DNA of 42,620 bases from an uncultured Bacteroidales bacterium (GTDB lineage: Bacteria > Bacteroidota > Bacteroidia > Bacteroidales > F082), in the NCBI GenBank assembly GCA_946610645.1, contig CAMOCK010000045.1, forward strand, positions 1 to 42,620, read 5' to 3'. The notes under the pieces were generated by a model. The model was not told the DNA's origin. It saw only the letters and a list, made by a program, of their open reading frames with translations, and ran no database searches. This document shows, piece after piece, positions 1 through 8,509 of the stretch. Position 1 is the stretch's first letter; every line of letters begins with the position of its first letter. The translations under genes and the position numbers were made by a program.

Positions 1-57
1 AAGAGTTTACAATGCGAACAGTCGACGGTTGTAGGGAATTGGGCAAAATAATAAATG

Positions 58-96
58 AAAAAAAAAAAGAAGTAAGAAAAGTTCCCCCCCCCCCCC
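58..96. repeat. Adjacent homopolymer tracts: A11 (58-68) and C13 (84-96), ending 46 nt upstream of the first CDS
   Basis: Counted directly: gaaaaaaaaaaaga...gtt followed by 13 c then tcgg. Confidence 0.9.
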
Positions 97-141
97 TCGG
101 CACACTTAACTTATTCAGAGGTTGAGAGTAAGCGATTTGGA

Positions 142-858
142 TTGCGTATTTATCGTGGTCAATACGAGGAGTTTGACACGAAAGATGTTAATGACATCGT
201 GAACGGAAACAACTTTGACATTATCATTGTTCGTTACCCAACATCAACTATCTATGAGCATTATCGCCTTGTTTGTTTCAAGAATTGCAGAACCGTTCAC
301 GCCGATAGTCTTGTGTATTACTCCGCTCCTTTGCAAGAAATCGAGATTAAACCTCTTCGAAACGATTTGCAATTTGAGATCCTTACTGATAGCGTGGGAG
401 GTCAGCTTGGCTTTATGGTGAAATCGATTTTTTCGGGCTATCAGAACCATTATTATTCTGATCCTTGTCTGCCGAGACAAGCCATTGTTGACGGCTATTT
501 AGAGTGGGCGATGTCTTTCGCGAAGTCTGTCGACGATGGCGTTACGTGGATGATTAAGGATAGGACGACAAAAGCCAATGTGGCTTTTTTGGCTTGCTCG
601 TTTGATGAGCAGAAATCGGTGAGTGAGTTGAAATTGGGAGGGGTGATGCCCGAATACGAGGGACTTGGTATTTATTCGGACTTCGTCAGATATGCCCAAC
701 GGCATTTCAGAGAGATGGGGCTCCGCACATTGTTGACTTCTACTCAATTACAGAACGTGGCTGTTCAAAGGGCATGGCAAAAGCATGGATTCAGGTTTGA
801 TAAGTCATACGAGACTTACCATCTAATAAATAAGAATCTTTGGGATAGAGTGGCGTAA
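142..858 (+). CDS. GNAT-fold N-acetyltransferase, WecD/RffC-like (candidate dTDP-fucosamine acetyltransferase)
   Basis: 238-aa ORF with a TTG start as given by the ORF track, so the start is uncertain. C-terminal GNAT-like region GLGIYSDFVRYAQRHF...QNVAVQRAWQKHGFRF. The two-domain layout and the FSGYQNHYYSDP...YLEW segment resemble E. coli WecD as I remember it. A wecE-type gene lies in the same operon. Confidence 0.55.
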   Translation: MRIYRGQYEEFDTKDVNDIVNGNNFDIIIVRYPTSTIYEHYRLVCFKNCRTVHADSLVYYSAPLQEIEIKPLRNDLQFEILTDSVGGQLGFMVKSIFSGYQNHYYSDPCLPRQAIVDGYLEWAMSFAKSVDDGVTWMIKDRTTKANVAFLACSFDEQKSVSELKLGGVMPEYEGLGIYSDFVRYAQRHFREMGLRTLLTSTQLQNVAVQRAWQKHGFRFDKSYETYHLINKNLWDRVA

Positions 859-893
859 TAATGTTTTTTTTGTCATTTTATGATTGTCGTTTT

Positions 894-983
894 ATGACAA
901 AATCAATCCTGACCTACCTCGCCCTCGTCGGCGTGAACCTCGTCTATGCCTGCACGAGCATCTTTACAAAGAATGGATTTCGG
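894..983 (+). pseudogene. Truncated 5' fragment of an ArnE-like small membrane protein gene (relic copy of the start of the CDS at 2394)
   Basis: atgacaaaatcaatcctgacctacCTCGCCCTCGTCGGCGTgaacctcGTCTATGCCTGCACGagcatctt... aligns with 2394-2485. Peptide YLALVGVNLVYACTSIFTK versus YLALVGVNIVYACTGIFTK. The frame runs into a stop about 39 codons in. Confidence 0.7.
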
Positions 984-1007
984 CTGCAACTTGCATGTTC
1001 TTCCAAC

Positions 1008-1183
1008 AACTTTTGAAGATTTTTTCAGTAAGAATCGCAGATTTTTATGGTAACTTTTGAAGATTTTTCCGTGAAGAATCGGAGATTTTTTTCTGAACTT
1101 TTGAAGATTTTTCCGTGAAGAATCGGAGATTTTTTCCTGAACTTTTGAAGATTTTTCCGTAAAGAATCGGAGATTTTTCCTAC
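1008..1183. repeat. Four tandem copies of a 44-bp unit (AACTTTTGAAGATTTTTCCGTGAAGAATCGGAGATTTTTTCCTG), each built from two related ~22-bp halves
   Basis: Unit starts at 1008, 1052, 1096 and 1140. Copies 2 and 3 differ at one base and copy 1 is more diverged. The last copy runs into the TACCTTTG box. Confidence 0.95.
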
Positions 1184-1188
1184 CTTTG
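1181..1188 (+). promoter_or_regulatory. Bacteroidetes-type -7 promoter box TACCTTTG (TAnnTTTG) for the ATPase gene
   Basis: Exact match to the TAnnTTTG consensus, ending 21 nt upstream of the ATG at 1210. Confidence 0.45.
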
Positions 1189-1209
1189 CCGCCTCAAAAC
1201 AAATGAGTT

Positions 1210-2397
1210 ATGATTAGGCGTGAACAAAACGATAATCTTGTTTCGTGTATCAACGAACCCCGCCGCACCATTTTGGTTGTGGCAGGGCCGAGGCAGGTAG
1301 GGAAAACGACCATGGTGAAGCAGGTGCTGAAGGAAATCGACATGCCTTCGATGTTCTTCAACGCCGATGCGGTTCCCCCCGACGACAACACTTGGATTGC
1401 CGAGCGTTGGGAAGAGGCACGGGCCCAGCTCCGGTTCAACCAAAGCGGCGAGTTCCTGCTGGTGTTCGACGAAATCCACAAGATTGACAACTGGAGCGAG
1501 CAGGTGAAGAAGGAATGGGACGCCGACACCTTCAACGACGTGAATTTGAAGGTGGTCTTGCTCGGATCGTCGCGGCTATTGCTGAAGAAAGGGCTTACGG
1601 AATCGCTCGCAGGTCGTTTCGAGTTGCTGCCCATGACGCACTGGACGTTTCAGGAGATGCGCGATGCCTTTGGCTTCGACATCAACCAATACGTCTATTT
1701 CGGCGGCTATCCGGGCAGCGCGGCCTATCTGCCCAACGAGAGTCGTTGGAGACGGTATGTCCGCGAGTCGATTGTGGCACCCGCCATCGAGAAGGATGTG
1801 CTCCAAACCACCTATATCTACAAGCCAGCCTTGATGCATCAGCTGTTCCGTTTGGGTTGCGCTTATTCTGCCGAGTTGCTGTCGTACAACAAGATGCTCG
1901 GACAGTTGCAGGACGCAGGCAACGCCACCACGTTGGTCAATTACCTTGAGGTGCTTGGCGAGAGCAAGATGCTTATTGGATTGCAGAAATATGCCGTCGA
2001 CAAGTCGCGGAAATACCGTTCCATACCCAAGTTGCAGGTGTTCAACAATGCGTTGCTCACCGTGATGACGGACGGCATGACCTACGAGAAGGCCTATACG
2101 CATCCCACCTTGTGGGGGCGTTGGGTCGAGTCGGCGGTCGGTTGCTACCTTTTGGACAAGGCCGACGAGTTGGAATACCAGTTATATTATTGGAGAGAGA
2201 ACAACGAGGAAGTGGATTTCGTGATTGCCCGTGGCGAAAGCTTGGTTGCTATTGAGGTGAAGAGTGGCCGGAGGCAGAATAATACAGGTTTAGGTACTTT
2301 CCGCAACATGTATCACCCGCAGTATTCGTTGGTGGTGGGCGGCGAGGCCATGCCGTTGGAGAAGTTTTTTACGGGTAATTTGGGTAATTTGTTATGA
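1210..2397 (+). CDS. AAA+ superfamily ATPase with C-terminal DUF4143/endonuclease-like domain (COG1373-type)
   Basis: 395 aa. Walker A GPRQVGKTT, Walker B LLVFDEIHK, C-terminal EVDFVI...AIEVKSG motif typical of this family. Stop overlaps the next ATG (ATGA). Confidence 0.8.
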   Translation: MIRREQNDNLVSCINEPRRTILVVAGPRQVGKTTMVKQVLKEIDMPSMFFNADAVPPDDNTWIAERWEEARAQLRFNQSGEFLLVFDEIHKIDNWSEQVKKEWDADTFNDVNLKVVLLGSSRLLLKKGLTESLAGRFELLPMTHWTFQEMRDAFGFDINQYVYFGGYPGSAAYLPNESRWRRYVRESIVAPAIEKDVLQTTYIYKPALMHQLFRLGCAYSAELLSYNKMLGQLQDAGNATTLVNYLEVLGESKMLIGLQKYAVDKSRKYRSIPKLQVFNNALLTVMTDGMTYEKAYTHPTLWGRWVESAVGCYLLDKADELEYQLYYWRENNEEVDFVIARGESLVAIEVKSGRRQNNTGLGTFRNMYHPQYSLVVGGEAMPLEKFFTGNLGNLL

Positions 2398-2741
2398 CGT
2401 CAACGACCAAACCCTACAAAACCTATCTCGCCCTCGTCGGCGTCAACATTGTCTATGCCTGCACGGGCATCTTCACGAAGATGGCTTCGCGGCAGGAAAT
2501 GCTGTCGTGGCCTTACCTGCTATGGATGACAGGCGCGGTGGGCGTGATGGGCGTTTATGCCATCCTTTGGCAACAGGTGCTGAAGCGTGTGGAGTTATCT
2601 ACGGCATACATGTTCAAGGGCACGGGCATGATCTTTGGCTTGCTCATAGCCTGGCTCATTCTTGGCGAGCAAATCACCATAAACAACATGATAGGCGCAG
2701 CTATCATCATTGCGGGAATAGCCTTGTTTGCCAAGTCGTAA
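2394..2741 (+). CDS. Small 4-TM EamA/SMR-like membrane protein, ArnE-like (candidate undecaprenyl-phosphate-aminosugar flippase subunit)
   Basis: 115 aa and hydrophobic. The C-terminal half LWQQVLKRVELSTAYMFKG...GEQITINNMIGAAIIIAGIALF parallels E. coli ArnE as I remember it. It is paired with a second gene of similar size. Confidence 0.6.
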   Translation: MTSTTKPYKTYLALVGVNIVYACTGIFTKMASRQEMLSWPYLLWMTGAVGVMGVYAILWQQVLKRVELSTAYMFKGTGMIFGLLIAWLILGEQITINNMIGAAIIIAGIALFAKS

Positions 2742-2752
2742 ATTGGAACGGT

Positions 2753-3088
2753 ATGTTGTATTATATCCTTTGCCTTGTTTCGGTGTTTTCGGCAGCCTGC
2801 GCCCAGATGTTGCTCAAGCAGGCGGCGAGAAAACAATACCCTTCCTTTTTGCGGCAGTACCTGAATCCTTGGGTGATAAGCGGCTATGCCATCATGGGCT
2901 GCGGCCTGCTGCTCAACATCTATTGTTTGAGCAAGGGCGTGATGGTGAAGGAGCTGGGGGGCATCGAGTCGCTGAGCTACCTGTTTGTGCCTACGCTTTC
3001 GTGGCTGTGCTTCAAGGAAAGAATCACATGGCGCAAGGCAGGGGCCATCGCAGTGATTATGGTTGGGGTGGTGGTGTTTTTTGTTTGA
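2753..3088 (+). CDS. Small 4-TM EamA/SMR-like membrane protein, ArnF/ArnE-like partner subunit
   Basis: ATG at 2753 inside ORF 2507..3088, giving 111 aa. SAACAQMLLKQAA near the N-terminus resembles the ArnE GQLCQKQA region. The upstream part of the ORF overlaps the previous gene and is not hydrophobic. Confidence 0.6.
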   Translation: MLYYILCLVSVFSAACAQMLLKQAARKQYPSFLRQYLNPWVISGYAIMGCGLLLNIYCLSKGVMVKELGGIESLSYLFVPTLSWLCFKERITWRKAGAIAVIMVGVVVFFV

Positions 3089-3111
3089 AACCAAGAAGTA
3101 AAACTGAGTAT

Positions 3112-4641
3112 ATGGATATTCTGCAAAAAGTTAGGAATGTGTTTGACAAACATACATTTGTGTTTTTGTTGGCTGCCAATGTAGTGTTCTTTGCCTTGGT
3201 GGTGGCGGCGCTTCCGTTTGCTTTTGAGTTGGTGGATGATTGGCACATGGCGTGGATTACTTCTGGTTATCTTTCAGGTGAGCCTGATGCCCACACGCTT
3301 TTCATGAATTTTTTCTATGGTTGGCTATTGGTTGGGTTGTATGATGTTATGCCAAGCGTCGAGTGGTATTCCTGGCTGATGCTCGGCACCCATCTTGTCA
3401 GCCTAACCATCCTCGGAAAATGCATTGTGAAAAGCAAACATGGCAAAATCACGGAAGTGTTCTCGCTTTTGATACTCTATGTCGTTGAGATACGCTGTCT
3501 TGTGAATTTTGGGTTTACGACAACGGCTGGCATAGGGGCGACTGCCGCTCTGATGCTTATTGTCCATGAGCGGAAATATTGGCAAGGATGCCTTCTTTTC
3601 TTGATTGCCTCCATGGTGCGGTTCCATTCAGCCATGTTTTGTGGATTGTGTGTCGCAGCCATGTATCCTTTGATCATATTACGGCGGGGATTCTGTTGGC
3701 AACAATTGGTAGCGCTTGGCTTTTGTGCTTTTGCGGGGGGTGGGGTGAAATATGCCGACAAATTGGTTTACATGAGCGATCCGGAGTGGAAGGAAACGTA
3801 TGAATACAATGGCATAAGGGCCAAACTGTATGACAACAGCAACATTTGGAGGCTTTATTCTTCCGCCATCGTGAGCGAAGAGGATTTGAATTCATGGAGC
3901 GGTGGAATGGATGTGGATTGGCCAGTTGAAAGATTGGAGTCGTGTTTGGGTTACATTGAAAAGGAAACTTCCTGGCATGGCATACCTGGGCTGAAGAAAG
4001 TGAAAAACATTCCACGTGAGTTGGCCTTTTTTTGGCCTTGGCTTTTAATGCTTGCGTTTGTTTTCATCGGCAGCGCGCTGAATTGCAATAGCCGTAAGGA
4101 AATGGGATTGTTGATGATAGGGGTAATCGCAATGCCATTGGCGTTGGCGTTGGTTTCACTGAACACAAGGCTTAATGAAAGGGCTTTCTTGTGTGGGTGG
4201 ATACCTTGTGTGTTGCTGCTTGTCATCCTCGTTCCGGTGAAAAGGCATAGGTTTTGGCTATCTTTGGCGGCCCTACTTGCGCTTGCGTATGTGATTGTGA
4301 AAATGCCCTCAAGCCATCCGCGAATGATATACCGCAAGCAAAAGGAAATGGTGGATTGCGGCCAACGGCATGGCGCGGAATGTCTTATTACAAAGGTTGA
4401 TGCCGTCACATATCCCTTTGGAATCAGGCCTTTCCTTTATACGACATTGATTCAAACGTCGGATGTCACCAAGGAAATGCTCGACGAAGGAGCTTGTGTG
4501 GCATTGCTGAAGAATGAGAGCAGCCAAGAGGATTCTTTGACAATCAAGGAACAGATGGGCGACAAACTTGGCGTTGACATTGAGACCATCGAGTTGTGCA
4601 GCAACGACGCTTATGTTCTTGTCCGTCTGTCAAATAAATAG
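3112..4641 (+). CDS. Polytopic membrane protein with acidic first-loop motif (ELVDDW); candidate GT-C-type periplasmic glycosyltransferase or polymerase
   Basis: ATG at 3112 inside ORF 2728..4641, giving 509 aa. Many hydrophobic spans. The VDDWHM motif follows TM1 and is shared with the CDS at 5776 (SDDWTM). C-terminal soluble tail. Confidence 0.6.
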   Translation: MDILQKVRNVFDKHTFVFLLAANVVFFALVVAALPFAFELVDDWHMAWITSGYLSGEPDAHTLFMNFFYGWLLVGLYDVMPSVEWYSWLMLGTHLVSLTILGKCIVKSKHGKITEVFSLLILYVVEIRCLVNFGFTTTAGIGATAALMLIVHERKYWQGCLLFLIASMVRFHSAMFCGLCVAAMYPLIILRRGFCWQQLVALGFCAFAGGGVKYADKLVYMSDPEWKETYEYNGIRAKLYDNSNIWRLYSSAIVSEEDLNSWSGGMDVDWPVERLESCLGYIEKETSWHGIPGLKKVKNIPRELAFFWPWLLMLAFVFIGSALNCNSRKEMGLLMIGVIAMPLALALVSLNTRLNERAFLCGWIPCVLLLVILVPVKRHRFWLSLAALLALAYVIVKMPSSHPRMIYRKQKEMVDCGQRHGAECLITKVDAVTYPFGIRPFLYTTLIQTSDVTKEMLDEGACVALLKNESSQEDSLTIKEQMGDKLGVDIETIELCSNDAYVLVRLSNK

Positions 4642-4646
4642 TTATC

Positions 4647-5762
4647 ATGCACATTCCATTCAACCTCCCTCATCTCACGGGCAAGGAAGCCCACTACATG
4701 TACCAAGCCGTGTATGACGGCAAATTGAGCGGCAACGGCGTGTTCACCAAGCGTTGCCAACGCTTCTTCGAGGAGAAATACGGTTTCAGGAAATGCCTGC
4801 TCACCACGAGTTGCACCGATGCGCTCGAAATGGCAGCTATGCTTTGCGGAATTCAACCTGGCGACGAAGTCATCGTACCGAGCTATACTTTTGTGTCGTC
4901 GGCGTTGGCGTTTGTGCGCGCTGGGGCAAAGATTGTCTTTGCCGACAGCATGAAGCGTAATCCCAACATTGATGCTGAACAAATTGAGGCACTGATAACG
5001 CCAAGGACGAAAGTCATTGTTCCAGTGCATTATGCGGGTGTGGCCTGCGACATGGACCGCATAATGGAGATTGCCGAGAAGCATCATCTTTTGGTGGTTG
5101 AGGATGCCGCGCAAGCCATCGATTCATACTACAAAGGCCGTCCGTTGGGTACGATAGGCCATCTGTCGGCCTTCTCGTTCCACGAGACGAAGAACATCAT
5201 ATCGGGCGAAGGCGGAATGCTTGGCATCAATGACGAGCGTTTCGTCCGCCGTGCCGAGATCATTTGGGAAAAAGGCACCAACCGTGCCGAGTTTTTCCGT
5301 GGCGAGGTGAACAAATACGGCTGGTGCGACATCGGTTCGTCTTTTCTCCCGAGCGAGGTGGTTGCGGCTTTCCTTTGGGCTCAGCTTGAAGCGTTGGACG
5401 ATATCCAAACCAAGCGCAAAAGCCTGTGGAATAAGTATTACGAGCTATTGAAGCCTATGGCCGAGCAGGGCTGCTTCCGTTTGCCCGACATTCCAGACTA
5501 TGCCACCAACAATGCGCACATGTTCTATCTGGTGTGTAACAGCCTTGCCGAGCGCACAGCTTTGATCAAAAAGTTGAAAGACAACGATATATTGGCCGTG
5601 TTCCATTACCTGAGCCTTCACAGCAGCGAGTATTACAAAGGCAAGCACGACGGACGGCAACTGCCCGAATGCGACCGCTACGCCGATTGTTTGGTGCGGC
5701 TGCCGATGTATTATGAGTTGGGATTGGAAGATGTGGAGAGGATTTGCGCATCATATTATTAA
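4647..5762 (+). CDS. wecE: dTDP-4-amino-4,6-dideoxygalactose transaminase (WecE/RffA type, DegT family, PLP-dependent)
   Basis: 371 aa. Near-collinear resemblance to E. coli WecE as I remember it: IPFN.P...GKL.G.G.FT.RCQ, PSYTFVS, VPVHYAGVACDMD, VVEDAAQ, FSFHETKN (PLP lysine), EKGTNR..FFRG.V.KY.W.DIGSS, AHMFY, VFHY.PLH. Confidence 0.85.
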   Translation: MHIPFNLPHLTGKEAHYMYQAVYDGKLSGNGVFTKRCQRFFEEKYGFRKCLLTTSCTDALEMAAMLCGIQPGDEVIVPSYTFVSSALAFVRAGAKIVFADSMKRNPNIDAEQIEALITPRTKVIVPVHYAGVACDMDRIMEIAEKHHLLVVEDAAQAIDSYYKGRPLGTIGHLSAFSFHETKNIISGEGGMLGINDERFVRRAEIIWEKGTNRAEFFRGEVNKYGWCDIGSSFLPSEVVAAFLWAQLEALDDIQTKRKSLWNKYYELLKPMAEQGCFRLPDIPDYATNNAHMFYLVCNSLAERTALIKKLKDNDILAVFHYLSLHSSEYYKGKHDGRQLPECDRYADCLVRLPMYYELGLEDVERICASYY

Positions 5763-5775
5763 AGGTTTTTGTTAT

Positions 5776-7398
5776 ATGGAAAAGGGAAAGGTAATTGAAA
5801 TTGTCGCTTTTGTAGCGGTGATGGTAATGGTGGTAGTGTTTTTCATCATTAGCCGAAGTGGTTTTTTTGTGAGCGACGATTGGACAATGGGACTAGGTAT
5901 TAAATCAATAAATGATGTTTTCAACGAAACATTTCATTTTGTTCTCAATGTAAGTGGAAGGTTGTTTGCTACATTTGTGCAGTATCTGTTCTGTGGATTT
6001 CTGGGAGGGAACAAACTATGGTTTGATGCCGTCAATACGTTGTTTTTTTGCGCTTTAATCATAATAAGTGGTTGCCTTTTGTCAGAGGGAGGAATACAAT
6101 GGAAAAGAATATTATTGTTTGCATTGGTTTTCTGGTTCGTTTGTCCTGCTCCCGATGAAGCCCTTTTTTGGGTCGCAGGAGCTACAGTTTATTTCTGGAC
6201 TTCAACATTGACATTGTTGTTTATTAAGGTTTTCATGTGGAGCAAGAATAAAGAGTTGTCATTGGGTGCTGAAATCATATTGTTCGTGTTTTCGATGATA
6301 TGTGCAAGTGAGATGATATCAGCCACAGCAGTTTGTGGAGCCATTGTGCTTATTGGCATTTTTAATTGGAAAAACCTGAAAAGAAATGAGCTTGTTTTGG
6401 CTGTTGGTTTTCTGTTAGGAACACTTGTTTTGTTGTTTAGTCCTGGTAATTTTGCGAGGATGGATTCGGGGGCAGACGGGTTTATGTTGTCTAGATACCT
6501 GGAAAATATGTTTTCGCCATCTCGTTTGTTGGTAGAGATTGTCAAGTATAAGGCATTATGGGCGTTTGTTGTGACTTGGTGTGTTTCTATGGTGGTAAAG
6601 AAGAAAGAGACTGTTGAATGGAGTAAAAAAAATCTTTTTTTGGTGTTGACTCTATTTATTTCAGTTGTTTCGGTCAGTTTTTTATATTCAGGGTACGTTT
6701 CCTCAAAACGCTCCTTGTTGTTTCCTGAGATTTTGTCGATAATACTTATGATGAGTTTGGTCGTACCATATTTCAATAGCAAATTGTTGGACGGTTTTTT
6801 GAGCAAAGCGGGAAGTGCTTTTTTTGTTCTGCTATTTGTATTGTTCATGGTGGACGCGTATCATGCCGTTGGAGAGACAAAAAGGCAGAGTCGTATCAAC
6901 GACGAGTTGCTCGCAGAGATTAAGGATGCCGGAGGAATTGTTGCGGTAGATGTTCCTCAATCTTCTCATAGGATGGCATTCGCCTCTTCTTTCCCTCGGT
7001 GGGCGTGGAAAGGAATGGCTCAAAAGATGGGTCTTGATTCGGTACATATTTATCCGTTTTATTGCCAAGACAAGTATTATGAGGAACCGCTACGATTTGC
7101 TGAAAACATATATATTGACAAGTTGGGATTGTATGATTCGCATGGTCTTGTGGTGATACGCTGTCAAGAAGCAGATTCATTACAGGGTTATGTTTGCCAT
7201 ATCGACTATGATAGACCAAAGAAATGGTATAAGGCATGGTTGGACAAGTTTAGGAATTATCAATACCGGCGTTCTGTGGAAGTGGGCCTTGGAATCCCAG
7301 ATTGTTGTCATGGAAGATACTGTTACCATGTCATATATATGGATAAAGAGAATTGCAAAGGCATTAAACATATTGAGATTGCCGAAGAAAAGTTGTAA
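5776..7398 (+). CDS. Polytopic membrane protein with SDDW first-loop motif and soluble C-terminal domain (DUF6056-like or GT-C-like, function unassigned)
   Basis: ATG at 5776 inside ORF 5713..7398, giving 540 aa. About 10 or more hydrophobic spans followed by a roughly 170-aa hydrophilic tail. AT-rich codon usage. Confidence 0.6.
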   Translation: MEKGKVIEIVAFVAVMVMVVVFFIISRSGFFVSDDWTMGLGIKSINDVFNETFHFVLNVSGRLFATFVQYLFCGFLGGNKLWFDAVNTLFFCALIIISGCLLSEGGIQWKRILLFALVFWFVCPAPDEALFWVAGATVYFWTSTLTLLFIKVFMWSKNKELSLGAEIILFVFSMICASEMISATAVCGAIVLIGIFNWKNLKRNELVLAVGFLLGTLVLLFSPGNFARMDSGADGFMLSRYLENMFSPSRLLVEIVKYKALWAFVVTWCVSMVVKKKETVEWSKKNLFLVLTLFISVVSVSFLYSGYVSSKRSLLFPEILSIILMMSLVVPYFNSKLLDGFLSKAGSAFFVLLFVLFMVDAYHAVGETKRQSRINDELLAEIKDAGGIVAVDVPQSSHRMAFASSFPRWAWKGMAQKMGLDSVHIYPFYCQDKYYEEPLRFAENIYIDKLGLYDSHGLVVIRCQEADSLQGYVCHIDYDRPKKWYKAWLDKFRNYQYRRSVEVGLGIPDCCHGRYCYHVIYMDKENCKGIKHIEIAEEKL

Positions 7399-7409
7399 GT
7401 GATAATTAA

Positions 7410-8021
7410 ATGAATTGGAATAGGATAGTAAGGTTTTTTAGGACGCGCCGAGTGAAGAAGGGTTTGGTTGTGTATCGTCCTTGTATGTGTTGCATACATC
7501 CACAAGCAAAGGTTGAGATTAAAGGCCGTTTGGATTTTAATTGCCAATGGGATGATGATAGGATAAGGAGGAATAAAAAGGTGGGGTCTTTATTTATGGA
7601 TCAAGATGCGTTTCTGAAGGCGGATGCTTTTGTTGTTTACTCTGGATGCAGTATTTCAATTGAAAAGGGCGCATTATTGTCATTGGGAAGTGGCTACATG
7701 AATTATGATTGCGTCATTAGTTGCTTTTCATCCATTACCATCGGTAATGATGTCGCTATTTCGGAACGTGTGGTGTTGCGGGATTCTGATAACCATTCGA
7801 TTAGTTATGATGATGGAAGAAAGACGAATGTAGAATCTGAACCGATTGTTATTGAAGATCATGTTTGGATTGGTATGAATGCGACAGTGCTTAAAGGTGT
7901 GACGATAGGTGAGGGTTCGGTGGTAGCAGCAGGCAGCTTGGTAAACAAGGATGTCCCGTCGCATTGCATGGTTGCAGGTGTGCCTGCCAAAGTGATTAGG
8001 ACAAATATTACATGGAGCTGA
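7410..8021 (+). CDS. Left-handed beta-helix (hexapeptide-repeat) O-acetyltransferase, LacA/WbbJ-like
   Basis: 203 aa. DHVWIGMNATVLKGVTIGEGSVVAAGSLVNKDVPSHCMVAGVPAKVIR hexapeptide region. Paralog of the CDS at 10869. Confidence 0.85.
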   Translation: MNWNRIVRFFRTRRVKKGLVVYRPCMCCIHPQAKVEIKGRLDFNCQWDDDRIRRNKKVGSLFMDQDAFLKADAFVVYSGCSISIEKGALLSLGSGYMNYDCVISCFSSITIGNDVAISERVVLRDSDNHSISYDDGRKTNVESEPIVIEDHVWIGMNATVLKGVTIGEGSVVAAGSLVNKDVPSHCMVAGVPAKVIRTNITWS

Positions 8022-8074
8022 GACAAAACGCCATTGTCAAGTAATGATGCTTTAGATTTTAACTCATTTGTATA

Positions 8075-8509
8075 ATGACTGTAAAGACGGACTGGTCAGG
8101 GGGTGGCTCCATGGTCGATAGGATTGGGCTTTTCATTGGAAAGCGATCGGTAAGGGAATTCTTTCGTTTCTGTATTGTGGGGACATTATCCACTGGAATT
8201 CATTACGGAATTTATCTGTTGCTTTTGAAGTGGATAAGTGTGAATGTAGCCTATTCGGCAGGCTATGTGGTTAGTTTGGGTTGCAATCTTTTGATGACCT
8301 CGTTTTTCACTTTCCGTGAAAGAATTACTTGGAAAAAGGCGACTGGCTTTTTGGTCAGTCATGGGGTGAATTACATTTTGCATATCTTGTTTTTGAACCT
8401 GTTTTTGCGGTTGGGAATAGTTGAACGTTGGGCACCTATTCCTGTTTATTGCATTGTGGTTCCGATTAATTTTATTTTGGTGAGAACCGCTTTTAAGAAA
8501 CTGAAATGA
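8075..8509 (+). CDS. GtrA-family membrane protein (polyprenyl-phosphate-sugar translocation)
   Basis: 144 aa (132 aa if the ATG at 8111 is used). FFRFCIVGTLSTGIHYGIYLLLL N-terminal signature, 4 TM. Stop overlaps the start of the GtrB-like gene. Confidence 0.8.
   Translation: MTVKTDWSGGGSMVDRIGLFIGKRSVREFFRFCIVGTLSTGIHYGIYLLLLKWISVNVAYSAGYVVSLGCNLLMTSFFTFRERITWKKATGFLVSHGVNYILHILFLNLFLRLGIVERWAPIPVYCIVVPINFILVRTAFKKLK

Noticed and set aside
1008-1183. Tandem 44-bp repeats considered as a CRISPR array
   Set aside because: The units are directly abutting with no unique spacers, the repeats are AT-rich and non-palindromic, and there are no cas genes in the window.
858-1210. Invertible (inverted-repeat-flanked) promoter of the kind that controls Bacteroides capsule loci; the gaps at 10703-10869 and 34978-35007 were also checked
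   Set aside because: I found only direct repeats in these gaps. No flanking inverted repeats are visible by eye and no recombinase gene is present in the window.
2728-3111. N-terminal extensions offered by the ORF track (2728-3111, 2507-2752, 5713-5775, 16872-16937, 22952-23053, 24373-24456, 26087-26386, 30171-30248, 33206-33244, 34135-34167)
   Set aside because: These extensions overlap the preceding gene in another frame and translate to Arg/Gly/Pro-rich non-hydrophobic sequence. In each case they are followed by an internal ATG placed at or just after the upstream stop, where the recognisable protein begins. I used the internal starts.
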